Assembly: GCA_051382305.1 (NCBI GenBank) | Contig: JBBCAV010000250.1 | Coordinates: 1 to 22,710, forward strand | Length of the DNA: 22,710 bases | Direction: 5' to 3' | Source of the DNA: Bdellovibrionota bacterium FG-2 | GTDB taxonomy: Bacteria > Bdellovibrionota > UBA1018 | Shown here: positions 9,233 through 18,555 of the stretch, piece by piece | How positions within the stretch are numbered: position 1 is the first letter of the stretch | How the letters are laid out: each line of letters begins with the position of its first letter | The notes under the pieces: model-generated | Told to the model about the DNA's origin: nothing | The model's input: only the letters and a program-made list of their open reading frames with translations | Databases searched by the model: none | Program-made: the position numbers and the translations under genes

Positions 9233-10543
9233 TCAGGCGCTTTCAGCTTTGTCTACACCGCTACGAGGGCCAACCTCGGCCCCATCACTCAACACCATTA
9301 TCGGGCGTTCGCCCTTTAGAATCGTGTTTTGGGTGACGATACATTTTTTGATGTTCGTCTTTGCGGGAAGCTCATACATCACCTCAAGCATCGCCTGTTC
9401 AAGAATGGCGCGAAGACCGCGCGCTCCCGTATTTCTCTTAATCGCCTCTTTAGCCACGGCTTCTAAGGCGTCCTGCTCGAATTCCAACTGCACATTATCG
9501 TACTCGAACAATTTGGCATATTGCTTCACGAGTGCATTCTTGGGCTTGGTCAAGATCTCAACCAAGGCTTTCTCATCAAGCTCCTCGAGCGTCGCAAGCA
9601 CTGGCAAACGACCGATAAACTCCGGAATCAAGCCAAATCGGATCAAATCCTCTGGCTCGACCTGGGCCAGCATTTTGGAAATCCCTTCTTCAGATTTTGA
9701 AGTAATATTAGCCGAGAGCCCGAGGCTACGCTTGCCCTTGCGCATCCCGACGACCTTATCAAGGCCGACGAACGCGCCACCGCAAATGAAAAGAATATTA
9801 GAGGTATCGACCTGGACAAACTCCTGCTGAGGATGCTTGCGGCCTCCTTTAGGAGGCACGTTTGCAATGGTGCCCTCAATAATCTTCAGAAGCGCCTGCT
9901 GCACGCCTTCACCACTCACGTCGCGAGTAATGGAAGGGTTTTCACTTTTTCGAGAAATCTTATCGACTTCGTCGATGTACACGATGCCTTTTTGGGCGCG
10001 CTCGACATTGTTGTCACAGGCTTGCAGAAGATTCAGGATAATGTTTTCGACATCTTCTCCGACATAGCCAGCCTCTGTGAGGGTCGTGGCATCGGCCATC
10101 GCAAAGGGGACATTCAAAAGTTTAGCAAGCGTCTGAGCTAATAAGGTTTTTCCAGAACCCGTGGGGCCGATCAGAAGAATATTGCTCTTTTGAATATCAA
10201 TTCCGTCGCCCTTACCTTCTTTAGCCTTCTTCTCGCCCTGATGCTGAATCCTTTTATAATGGTTATAAACAGCAACGGAGAGCACGCGTTTTGCGCGATC
10301 CTGGCCGATCACATACTGGTCCAGCGTCGATTTAATTTCAGAAGGTTTTGCGATCGACTGCCCCGTACGAACAGGCGCATCTTTCTGACCTTCTTCCGCA
10401 ATAATGTCATTGCAGAGCTCAATGCACTCGTCGCAAATATAAACGGTGGGTCCTGCAATCAGTTTCTTTACTTCTCGCTGGTTCTTGCCACAAAAAGAGC
10501 AGCAGAGGTTCCCGAATCCGTCGCCATATTTTCGTCCGTCCAT
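9233..10543 (-). CDS. clpX: Clp protease ATP-binding subunit ClpX
   Basis: C4 zinc finger CSFCGK...[21 protein letters not shown] pore loop, RKH loop. Confidence 0.99.
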   Translation of the reverse strand: MDGRKYGDGFGNLCCSFCGKNQREVKKLIAGPTVYICDECIELCNDIIAEEGQKDAPVRTGQSIAKPSEIKSTLDQYVIGQDRAKRVLSVAVYNHYKRIQHQGEKKAKEGKGDGIDIQKSNILLIGPTGSGKTLLAQTLAKLLNVPFAMADATTLTEAGYVGEDVENIILNLLQACDNNVERAQKGIVYIDEVDKISRKSENPSITRDVSGEGVQQALLKIIEGTIANVPPKGGRKHPQQEFVQVDTSNILFICGGAFVGLDKVVGMRKGKRSLGLSANITSKSEEGISKMLAQVEPEDLIRFGLIPEFIGRLPVLATLEELDEKALVEILTKPKNALVKQYAKLFEYDNVQLEFEQDALEAVAKEAIKRNTGARGLRAILEQAMLEVMYELPAKTNIKKCIVTQNTILKGERPIMVLSDGAEVGPRSGVDKAESA

Positions 10544-10588
10544 AGCTTTCCTTCCCTAGGCCCTTCATCGGGCCCCCATTAAATCGTA

Positions 10589-11257
10589 TTAGACTGACCC
10601 ACGCTTTTCAACGACCTTATCTATTAATCCATATTCCATCGCTTCTTTTGCCGACAGGTAGTTATCCCTGTCCGTATCCCTACGTACGTCTTCTGGCGTT
10701 CGACCCGAGTGGTGTGCCATAATTGAATTGAGTCTTTCTTTCAAATAGATGATTTCATTGGCTTGTATCTCAATATCGGAGGCCTGCCCCCGTGCGCCGC
10801 CCAAAGGCTGATGGATCATAATCCGACCATGAGGTAAACTCGAACGCTTCCCTTTGGCTCCGGCAGTCAATAGGAGGGCGCCCATGCTCGCCGCCATTCC
10901 AATACAATAGGTTGCAACATCGCATTTAATAAACTGCATCACATCGTAGATTCCGAGTCCCGCGTAAACGGAACCTCCTGGGGAATTTATATAAAGGTGA
11001 ACATCTTTATCCGGGTCAGACATTTCTAGAAAAAAGAGCTGCGCGATAATCAGATTGGCAACCGTATCGTTCACATCGGTGCCTAAGAAAACAATACGAT
11101 CCAGCAAAAGACGAGAATAAATGTCATACTGCCGCTCTCCTCTGGCAGTTTGTTCAATAACAATCGGATTGGGAATATAACTCGCCTGGGGAGTTTGAAA
11201 AGCTTGAGAAGTAAAACCAACTACGTCGGGTTGAATGAGTCTTGACGGAATTTTCAT
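10589..11257 (-). CDS. clpP: Clp protease proteolytic subunit ClpP
   Basis: [17 protein letters not shown], catalytic triad AASMG / MIHQP / DRDNY; AGAGGA SD. Confidence 0.98.
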   Translation of the reverse strand: MKIPSRLIQPDVVGFTSQAFQTPQASYIPNPIVIEQTARGERQYDIYSRLLLDRIVFLGTDVNDTVANLIIAQLFFLEMSDPDKDVHLYINSPGGSVYAGLGIYDVMQFIKCDVATYCIGMAASMGALLLTAGAKGKRSSLPHGRIMIHQPLGGARGQASDIEIQANEIIYLKERLNSIMAHHSGRTPEDVRRDTDRDNYLSAKEAMEYGLIDKVVEKRGSV

Positions 11258-11404
11258 CTGCTGCGTTTCCTCTTGGTTCTACATACTCATTTGAGCATGC
11301 TTACTTCTTCAGCGTCCAGTATACATGGCATCTGAAAAATGTTGCTCTAGGCCAATGCAATATATTTTCATTTTGAAATGCGAACGATGCAAAAAAGAGA
11401 ACGG

Positions 11405-11698
11405 CTAAAGTTGCTCTTGGTCTGGATAGAGGCTCTCTTGAGTTTTCTCGAGATACTCGAGCATCGTCTTGCGAAGATCGTCGAGCGTTAGTGATTGTTC
11501 ATCACGACCCGCTAGCTCCAAGACCTCAAGAATCTCATCAAGCTCATGACGAACCACCGGCTTGTCTCGTTCCGACAAGCCCGTCAGAGCAATGACTTGT
11601 TCCACAAGCCCGGCCCCTTCGATCGGTATTACATTCCCTGTATTTGAAACTCCCATGGTGCTATCGCCCCCCAGAGTATCTGCTTCGGAGACATCCAT
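11405..11698 (-). CDS. Small acidic helical hypothetical protein
   Basis: 97-aa ORF filling the gap, co-oriented with neighbours, strong GGAGGG SD, amphipathic helices (LTLDDLRKTMLEYLE). Confidence 0.75.
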   Translation of the reverse strand: MDVSEADTLGGDSTMGVSNTGNVIPIEGAGLVEQVIALTGLSERDKPVVRHELDEILEVLELAGRDEQSLTLDDLRKTMLEYLEKTQESLYPDQEQL

Positions 11699-11764
11699 AT
11701 CCCCTCCCCCCTTTGTCTATTCCAGAGTCTAGAAAGCCCGTTCAGGAACAGCAAGAACTATTTT

Positions 11765-12718
11765 TTAGATCTTCACCAATCTTTTTCGCGCGCTCCTGCG
11801 CGCACTCCAACAAGAGTAACCCAACACTGAACCCACTATAAGTCCGCCCCCAATCCCTTGTGTGCCTGTTAATCCATCCCCCAAGAACAACGCACCCCAA
11901 AGAGATCCAAAAACAGGCTGAATAAAGAGCGTCAACGCAAGTGCGGCAACAGGAGCCTCTGCCAGCGCAACCATCCAATACAGATAGGAAAATGCCGTTC
12001 CCAGTGGACCAATCCAAAGCAATCCCAGAATGCTTCTTAAAGAAAAATGAAACTCTCCCAACCCCTTCCCAAAGCCTCCAACAACAAGCGTCGCAACAGT
12101 CAAAAAAATGACTCCCACCAGCAGCGTCGAACCAAAAACACCCAGTGGAGGATTGCGCAAAGTCAATTTTCGCCCCGCGACTGAATACGTCGCCTCGCCA
12201 AAAAGAGAGACGAGCATGGCTAAATCCCCCCACAAATGGATGTCGAAACCGGCATTGAATTGATCGGATTTGATCCCACTGAGAAGAATGAATCCCACAA
12301 AGGCAACAGCAAATGCCGCAAGATGAGCATTCGCGAGTTTCTCTTTGAGAATAAGCCAAGCTAATAGGGCTACAAAAAGTGGCTCCATCGCTACAATCAG
12401 CGCGTTGTCGGTGGCCCGAGAAACGGCGAGGCCGTTGATTTGAGTAAGCGGGGAAAAACAAAAAGCCATAAAGCCGATCAAAAGAACGAAAAAAGCATCC
12501 TGTTTATTTTTGGGCAGAAGAAAAAACTCTTGAATGGGGCTTTTCCGTGCAATCCGCAAGATAATCACAATGATCAGGTAGGCAAGTAACGCACTCGAAT
12601 AACGAAGCCATCCCATCTGAAGGGGCGTGAAATCCTCCAGCAAGACTTTTCCTAGTGCCGGGTGCACAGACCAAATGAGATTGCAAATTATTAGGCCAAC
12701 AAGGGTTTTCGGCGACAT
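11765..12718 (-). CDS. DMT/EamA family transporter
   Basis: About 10 TM helices in two repeats; ALIVAMEPLFVALLAWLILKEK and IQPVFGSLWGALFLGD motifs. Confidence 0.93.
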   Translation of the reverse strand: MSPKTLVGLIICNLIWSVHPALGKVLLEDFTPLQMGWLRYSSALLAYLIIVIILRIARKSPIQEFFLLPKNKQDAFFVLLIGFMAFCFSPLTQINGLAVSRATDNALIVAMEPLFVALLAWLILKEKLANAHLAAFAVAFVGFILLSGIKSDQFNAGFDIHLWGDLAMLVSLFGEATYSVAGRKLTLRNPPLGVFGSTLLVGVIFLTVATLVVGGFGKGLGEFHFSLRSILGLLWIGPLGTAFSYLYWMVALAEAPVAALALTLFIQPVFGSLWGALFLGDGLTGTQGIGGGLIVGSVLGYSCWSARRSARKRLVKI

Positions 12719-12756
12719 CGAATCGTGATTACATCAAAGGTGAGGACTTCATTACA

Positions 12757-13269
12757 ATGGCAAAAACAAAACAACTTACTTTGGCGCCAAAATCTCCGGC
12801 ACAGTCGACAGTGGTAAAAACGGAACTCGTGCTCCCTTCTGACACAAACTCCCTGGGAACCATCTTTGGGGGCAAGATCATGAGCTGGATTGATATCGCA
12901 GCGGCCATTGCCGCGGGAAAACACGCCCGCCACGTCGTGGTGACGGCCTCGTTCGACGCCCTTCATTTTGTCGCGCCCGTAAAAGTGGGCCAAGTCGTCC
13001 ACATCAAAGCGACCGTCAACTTCGCCTCACGCACTTCAATGGAAGTTGGAGTTCGAGTCGATTCAGAAAATCTGATTACTGGAGAAATGCATCACACTGC
13101 GACCGCCTATACGACCTTTGTGGCGCTGGATAGTCTCGGACGGCCCACGCCGGTGCCCCCCATCGCTCCGAAAACGGCAGAGGAAAAGCGGCGTTTTCTT
13201 GAAGCGGGAAAAAGAAGGCAATCGCGAGTACGTCTGGCGGAGGAATTAAAAGGCGCTGCTGGGGATTGA
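12757..13269 (+). CDS. Acyl-CoA thioesterase (YciA-like hotdog fold)
   Basis: PSDTNSLGTIFGGKIMSWID, VVTAS, RTSMEVGVRV, TFVALD motifs. Confidence 0.93.
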   Translation: MAKTKQLTLAPKSPAQSTVVKTELVLPSDTNSLGTIFGGKIMSWIDIAAAIAAGKHARHVVVTASFDALHFVAPVKVGQVVHIKATVNFASRTSMEVGVRVDSENLITGEMHHTATAYTTFVALDSLGRPTPVPPIAPKTAEEKRRFLEAGKRRQSRVRLAEELKGAAGD

Positions 13270-13404
13270 GAGCGAATAACCGGTCAACGCGTCTATTCTT
13301 TGGGACCTTCGCGGGACACTAATGAATTTTCGGGTTTGTTAGGAAATCTGGAACTCTATCGGCCAATTCCCATCAATTCCGGAAACTGGACAAGGGTAAT
13401 AGCA

Positions 13405-13983
13405 CTACTTCCCCTGCCCAAACACCTCCACCAAACGTTGCTTGGACGACTCTTCAATATCTTTGTGCAGGGAGTTTCCATGCGCGTCGATCGTAACAAC
13501 AACGGGAAACTTCTTCACGCGAAGCCGCCAAATCGCTTCGGGGGAGCCAAACTGCTCAATCCCAAATACATCTTCAACTTCTTCGATCGCTTCGGCCAAA
13601 ACTTGCGCAGCCCCCCCAATGGCGTGGAGATAAACGCAGCCGGATTTCTGACAACCCAAGCGAGTTTTTTCGGCCATGCCCCCTTTGCCGATGACGGCGC
13701 GGATTCCGAATTTTTCGATAATCCCTGCCTGATAGGGCTCTTCGCGAATGGAAGTCGTGGGACCGGCTGCCGTCACGACCCACTTGCCCTTCTTCTTCAA
13801 AACCACGGGACCACAATGATAAATAATCCCGTCTTTCAAACTAAAGGGGGGTTCGTTACCTTCGTGAAGCCATTTGTGAACGGCGTCGCGCGCGGTGAAA
13901 ACGATGCCGTCTAGCTCGACCATATCGCCCACTTTAAGAGCCCGGATTTTTTCTTCAGTAAACGGAGCAGAGAGTTGAATCAT
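13405..13983 (-). CDS. Class I Fe-S fumarate hydratase/tartrate dehydratase beta subunit
   Basis: TARDAVH, YHCGPV, AGPTTSIRE, IGKGG, DAHGNSLH motifs; GGGGA SD. Confidence 0.93.
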   Translation of the reverse strand: MIQLSAPFTEEKIRALKVGDMVELDGIVFTARDAVHKWLHEGNEPPFSLKDGIIYHCGPVVLKKKGKWVVTAAGPTTSIREEPYQAGIIEKFGIRAVIGKGGMAEKTRLGCQKSGCVYLHAIGGAAQVLAEAIEEVEDVFGIEQFGSPEAIWRLRVKKFPVVVTIDAHGNSLHKDIEESSKQRLVEVFGQGK

Positions 13984-13998
13984 TTGAGAGTCCCCTTA

Positions 13999-14892
13999 TT
14001 AGTAGAACCACTTTTTAATTTCGCCCTTGGCCGTAATCGAAGCCCCCTGTCGGCGAAAGGCCCAGCACATGTATGAGATGCTCACAAAAAACGAAGCAGG
14101 CACGCGATTCACGACCCCGATTTTCGCGCCGAGCAAAGTGGTACCACCGCCGAAACCCATGGGACCAATGCCGAGCTGATTGGCTTGTGCGGTAACTTCT
14201 TCTTCAAGTTTGGCTAAGGCAGGATTTGAGTTTTTATCGGTGAGCTTGCGCAAAAACTGTTCCTTGGAGACGGCGTATCCAGTCCCTCGATCACCGCCAA
14301 TACATACACCCAAAATTCCGGGGCCGCAGCCCTTGCCTTGCGCCTGCACAATAGCGTCCAAGATACATTTGCGAGCACCGTTTAGATCACGGCCCGCACC
14401 CAGTTTCGTATCAGGCAAGCTGTATTGCGCGCCGACATTTTCACAGCCGCCGCCCTTGAGCATCAGGCGCATATCGATGAATTCCTTGTTCCAGGCTTCT
14501 AAGTGAATCACAGGACTTCCGGGGCCGACGTTGGTTCCGCTATTCTTACCCGTGAGCGAGTCCACGCTATTTTGCCGCAGATATCCTTTTTTTGTGGCCT
14601 CAATAACGGACTTCTTTATAACCTTGGTTAGAATCTCGGGATCGAGTTTTCGAGGATAATGTACATAGAAAAGATTCGTGCCCGTATCCTGGCAAAGGGG
14701 CTGGCTCTTGAGTTTGCCCAATTCGATATTTTTTTCGATGATCCCCAGCGCGTACTCAGCGCGAGATCCCGGCGCCTCTTTGGCGCGCCCGACATGAATG
14801 GCATCGGCCACATCTTTGGGGAGCTCCGAGGAGGTCTTTCGAATAACTTCAACGAAGGCTGCGAGGTATTTTTTTTGAAGTGAGGCGTTCAT
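13999..14892 (-). CDS. Class I Fe-S fumarate hydratase alpha subunit
   Basis: PLCQDTG, KGGGCEN, GCGPG, GIGPMGFGG, MCWAFRR, supplying three candidate Fe-S cysteines. Confidence 0.93.
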   Translation of the reverse strand: MNASLQKKYLAAFVEVIRKTSSELPKDVADAIHVGRAKEAPGSRAEYALGIIEKNIELGKLKSQPLCQDTGTNLFYVHYPRKLDPEILTKVIKKSVIEATKKGYLRQNSVDSLTGKNSGTNVGPGSPVIHLEAWNKEFIDMRLMLKGGGCENVGAQYSLPDTKLGAGRDLNGARKCILDAIVQAQGKGCGPGILGVCIGGDRGTGYAVSKEQFLRKLTDKNSNPALAKLEEEVTAQANQLGIGPMGFGGGTTLLGAKIGVVNRVPASFFVSISYMCWAFRRQGASITAKGEIKKWFY

Positions 14893-14929
14893 ATGCTTGA
14901 AGCATAACTCCGTTTTCGGAGTGACTCAA
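14893..14929 (-). promoter_or_regulatory. Putative leaderless sigma70 promoter of the fumarase genes with two palindromes
   Basis: TTGAGT (14929-14924) - 17 nt - TATGCT (14906-14901) - 8 nt - ATG. Perfect inverted repeats ACTCCG-N4-CGGAGT (14907-14922) and ATGCTT-N-AAGCAT (14893-14905). Confidence 0.6.
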
Positions 14930-14942
14930 GGATAGATAGACA

Positions 14943-15962
14943 TTACCCTTCACCGCCCATCAAGAACTTCTCTTGCAGATGCCCCAAGTCTCTCCCTACG
15001 GGAATCGTAGAAAAAAAATGCAACGCCTCAGCCCAAAGGGTCTGCCGATCAATCTGAGAGAACACTTTGCTGCGGAACTCATGGCAGCCCGGAAACCCCG
15101 AAGAGAACCAGGCCAAAAATTTGCGCATATGGATGAGAGAGCCCTGTTCTCCAAAATGCTCATCAAACAAAGGAGCCAGCTCCTTTAAAACCTCTACGTA
15201 TTCCAACGGTCCCGGTTTTACATAAGATTCGCCCGCAAAAACTCGCGCAGCCTGTTCAAAAAAGAACGGATTCCGCAAAACCCCTCGGCCAATCATGACG
15301 GCATCGACCCCATATTTGCGATAACGCTCAACGGCTAACTCAGGCGTGACCAAATCCCCGTTGCCAATAATGGGAATTGCGCCTGCGTGGGCCGTAAGGT
15401 CGCCTAGAAATTCCCAATCGGCTTCGCCCGAATACCCCTGCGCGCGCGTTCGCCCGTGAACGGCCACCCAGGCCACGCCCGAATCGCCAGCCGCTCGCAC
15501 TACTTCAAGCGCGTTACGAGAATCGGCGTCCCAACCCGTACGAATTTTAATGGTGACGGGGATCTTGACCGCGCGCACGACCCCCTCCAAAACCTTCGCA
15601 AGCCGCGGAACATCTCGACACATCGCGGCTCCTCCGCCTTTTCTTACGACCTTGGGTACGGGACACGCGAGATTGAGATCCACAAAATCAGCGCCCATCT
15701 TTTCAACCAGGCGGGCGGCATCCGCCATACGATCCCCGTCTTCGCCGAAGATTTGAAGGCCCAAGGGACGCTCCTCGGCAGAAAACTTCAAAAGCCCCAG
15801 CGTTTTTTCACCCATGTAGGCAATGCCGTTGGCAGCAATCAACTCCGACACCACCAGCGAAGCACCATGACGACGCATGATACGGCGAAAAGGCGAATGC
15901 GTGATTCCCGCCATGGGGGCTAGAATAAACGGATGCGCAATTTCGAAGGGACCTAAACGCAT
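14943..15962 (-). CDS. dusB: tRNA-dihydrouridine synthase B
   Basis: LAPMAGIT, DLNLACP (catalytic Cys), VTIKIRTGWD, HGRT, IGNGD, MIGRG motifs. Confidence 0.93.
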   Translation of the reverse strand: MRLGPFEIAHPFILAPMAGITHSPFRRIMRRHGASLVVSELIAANGIAYMGEKTLGLLKFSAEERPLGLQIFGEDGDRMADAARLVEKMGADFVDLNLACPVPKVVRKGGGAAMCRDVPRLAKVLEGVVRAVKIPVTIKIRTGWDADSRNALEVVRAAGDSGVAWVAVHGRTRAQGYSGEADWEFLGDLTAHAGAIPIIGNGDLVTPELAVERYRKYGVDAVMIGRGVLRNPFFFEQAARVFAGESYVKPGPLEYVEVLKELAPLFDEHFGEQGSLIHMRKFLAWFSSGFPGCHEFRSKVFSQIDRQTLWAEALHFFSTIPVGRDLGHLQEKFLMGGEG

Positions 15963-15965
15963 GAA

Positions 15966-17288
15966 TTAAGAGCGCAGAGCGACGATCTCATCTCGCTCCT
16001 TGGGTGCCTCTTGCGTGAGATTTTCGCAGCCCGTTTGCGTGACCAACACGTCATCTTCAATGCGAATGCCGATGTCGCGATACTCGGCAGGAGCATCTTT
16101 ATCATTGGGCTGCACATATAGCCCTGGCTCGATGGTAAAGAGCATTCCAGGTTCAAGAGTGCGAGGCTCCCCATCTTGAAAATACAAGCCTGCATCATGA
16201 ACGTCCAACCCCATCCAATGACTGGTATTATGTGGGAAAAAACGCTTAAAACCCAAATTCTTGATAATATCCTCGCGATTGCCTTGAAGCAGACCCAGGG
16301 ACAACAAACCGTCCGTCAAAACCTCATAAACATGCTTATGAATGTCAGCAAGTTTAACGCCGGGCTTGGTCATCGCCACAGCTTCTTTTTGCGACTTCAA
16401 AACCAGGTCGTAAAGCTTGGCTTGGGGTTTAGAAAAATCACGCCCGATGGGAAAAGTGCGCGTGATGTCAGCGGCATAACACTGATACTCTCCGCCCGCA
16501 TCGATGAGTAAAAGTTCGCCGTCTTTGAGCACACAGTTGTTGTGCTGATAGTGAAGGCAAGTCGCATTCTTACCCCCCGCTACGATGCTGGGATAAGCCA
16601 CACGATCGCAGCCATTTTTTCGAAATAGATAATCCACGAGCGCTTCGATTTCGTGCTCGACCATTCCTGGTCTTACCTCTTGCATCGCCGTTTTGTGCGC
16701 GAGAGCGGTAATTTGACAGGCCTTGCGATGGAGTTCGATTTCTTCAGGACTTTTGAAAAGGCGCATTTCACCGATCACAGTTTGCGCATCTTCAATAGGG
16801 AGAAGGCCTTTTCCACTTCGACCACTCGATAGTCGGTGGGCATTGAGCGCCGTAATCACACGCGCATCGCATTTAGAATCGAGTCCGAGGCGATAAAACA
16901 CGCGATCGGCACCTGAGAATAGCTCGGGCAACCGCTTATCCAACTCCTCGATGGGATAAGCTTCGTTGGCGCCAAAAATCTCCAGCGCCCCTTCGACGCC
17001 GTAGCGCTCGCCCTGCCACATTTCTTTTTCGACATCCTTGTTGCGCACAAAGAGAATCGTTCGAAAAGAACCGGGCAACGACTTGGAGAGAGCAAGCACC
17101 AAAAAAGCGTCCGGCTCCTCTAATCCGCAAAGGTAGCGAAAATGACTCTCCTGGCGAAAAAGATAATGAACATCTGAGTTTCTCACGAGTTCAAAATTCG
17201 AGGGAATGAGAAACACGCTATTAGGGCGCGCCTTCATTAAAGCTTCACGCCGGGCCTTGTAATAATTTGGAATTTGTGCGAGCAACAT
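15966..17288 (-). CDS. pepP: Xaa-Pro aminopeptidase (M24B)
   Basis: FRQES.F.YL N-domain, metal ligands IDAG..YAADITRT, HWMGLDVHD, TIEPGLY, GIRIEDD. Confidence 0.95.
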   Translation of the reverse strand: MLLAQIPNYYKARREALMKARPNSVFLIPSNFELVRNSDVHYLFRQESHFRYLCGLEEPDAFLVLALSKSLPGSFRTILFVRNKDVEKEMWQGERYGVEGALEIFGANEAYPIEELDKRLPELFSGADRVFYRLGLDSKCDARVITALNAHRLSSGRSGKGLLPIEDAQTVIGEMRLFKSPEEIELHRKACQITALAHKTAMQEVRPGMVEHEIEALVDYLFRKNGCDRVAYPSIVAGGKNATCLHYQHNNCVLKDGELLLIDAGGEYQCYAADITRTFPIGRDFSKPQAKLYDLVLKSQKEAVAMTKPGVKLADIHKHVYEVLTDGLLSLGLLQGNREDIIKNLGFKRFFPHNTSHWMGLDVHDAGLYFQDGEPRTLEPGMLFTIEPGLYVQPNDKDAPAEYRDIGIRIEDDVLVTQTGCENLTQEAPKERDEIVALRS

Positions 17289-17303
17289 GACACAAACACT
17301 ACC

Positions 17304-17969
17304 ATGGCTCTCTCATCACCTAAAGGCATTCTTTTTGATCTCGACGGCACGCTCATTGACTCACTTTCAATGACTTTTGATGCCTTTAACCACGGGGTCA
17401 CCCGCTTTGGAGGCCCCCCCCTTACCCATCAGGAAATCTCAAGCCATTTTGGTCCGGGCGAAGACAAGATTTTTGAAAAACTAGTCAGCATGAAAAAGGC
17501 ACAAGCCGCCTATCAGGCCAGCATTGACTACACGAACGCCAATCTCCATCGAGTCCCCCTTCACGAAGGGATTGCGGAGCTTCTCAAAAATCTCAAAGGC
17601 ACAAAAATTCCGCTCGCGATCGTCACCGGCCGCAGCTGGAATACAACCGAGATCCTGCTCAAACACCACGATTTATTGGGGACATTTAAATCCGTTATTG
17701 CCAATGATCATGTCCCTCGCCCTAAGCCGTATCCGGACGGCGTGAAACTGGCCTCGGAACATTTGAAGACCAGCCCAGAGCACACTTGGTTTATCGGAGA
17801 CTCACCCGTCGATATGCTTGCGGCCCGCTCTGCGGGAAGCATTGGGATCGCCGCGCTTTGGGACTACACTGCGGATCGCGAAAAACTCGCGATTGGGGAG
17901 CCGAACTATTGGGCGAAAGAGCCCAGCGAAATCGTGGCACTTCTACAAAGTACGAGCTGGGAGAATTAG
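17304..17969 (+). CDS. HAD-superfamily hydrolase (Gph/PpaX-like phosphatase)
   Basis: Motif I DLDGT, motif II VTGR, motif III KPYP, motif IV GDSPVD. ATG 17304 chosen because TTG 17274 overlaps pepP. Confidence 0.9.
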   Translation: MALSSPKGILFDLDGTLIDSLSMTFDAFNHGVTRFGGPPLTHQEISSHFGPGEDKIFEKLVSMKKAQAAYQASIDYTNANLHRVPLHEGIAELLKNLKGTKIPLAIVTGRSWNTTEILLKHHDLLGTFKSVIANDHVPRPKPYPDGVKLASEHLKTSPEHTWFIGDSPVDMLAARSAGSIGIAALWDYTADREKLAIGEPNYWAKEPSEIVALLQSTSWEN

Positions 17970-17981
17970 AAACCCATAAAG

Positions 17982-18260
17982 TTATGCAGCCAGTTCTTCT
18001 CGATTCCGATAAGCCTGCGCCAAGTCAAACGTCACCTGAAGATTCATCCAGTACTCCGGAGTGGTTTTAAGTGCATCCGCAAGATCAAGCGCAGAGGCAG
18101 CGGTTATGCCACGTTTGCCTTTAATAATCTCATTTAGCTTTCGTGCAGACCAACCGAGCTTTTCTGCGAATGACGACTGAGTAAGATTCATGGGCTCAAG
18201 AAACTCTTCAAGTAGCATTTCACCCGGGTGAAATGGGTTAGAAAATTTTTCAAACTTCAT
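17982..18260 (-). CDS. higA: HigA family addiction-module antitoxin (Xre HTH)
   Basis: HPGEMLLEEFLEP, LNEIIKGKRGIT, PEYWMNLQ; ATGA overlap with the toxin gene. Confidence 0.95.
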   Translation of the reverse strand: MKFEKFSNPFHPGEMLLEEFLEPMNLTQSSFAEKLGWSARKLNEIIKGKRGITAASALDLADALKTTPEYWMNLQVTFDLAQAYRNREELAA

Positions 18261-18550
18261 GAGTGATAATCCTCCACTTTAACGTCAAACGCGTTTCCAT
18301 CGGCCCAGACAAACGACACGCGCCACTGGTCATTTATGGAAATCGCATGCCTAGACTTCATGTTACCCTTCAACTTATGCAACCGATTTCCAGGTGGAAC
18401 GGATAAGTCCTTAACATCATTTGCCGCATGTAGGTTTAAAAGCTTCTTCCTAGCCGTCCTGACCAACTCAGCAGGAAATGCCCGAAACTCCTTAGTGACT
18501 CGCTCTTCAACAAGGTCGTGGGCCAATTTATTTCCAAACGACTTGATCAC
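18257..18550 (-). CDS. higB: HigB (RelE-family) toxin
   Basis: MIKSF, PPGNRLHKLKG, ISINDQWRVSF, EDYH; toxin-first gene order typical of higBA. Confidence 0.95.
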   Translation of the reverse strand: MIKSFGNKLAHDLVEERVTKEFRAFPAELVRTARKKLLNLHAANDVKDLSVPPGNRLHKLKGNMKSRHAISINDQWRVSFVWADGNAFDVKVEDYHS

Positions 18551-18555
18551 TTCCT

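Noticed and set aside
10557..10575. GGCCC-N6-GGGCC hairpin between clpP and clpX
   Set aside because: 5-bp stem with no U tract, so not a credible intrinsic terminator.
11258..11404. CIRCE, HAIR or sigma54 sites upstream of clpP
   Set aside because: No adequate match to TTAGCACTC-N9-GAGTGCTAA, CTTGAGT-N7-ACTCAAG or TGGCAC-N5-TTGC.
11742..12461. 239-aa Cys-rich minus-strand ORF
   Set aside because: Alternative frame of the EamA gene; the Cys/Trp richness follows from G/T-rich transmembrane codons.
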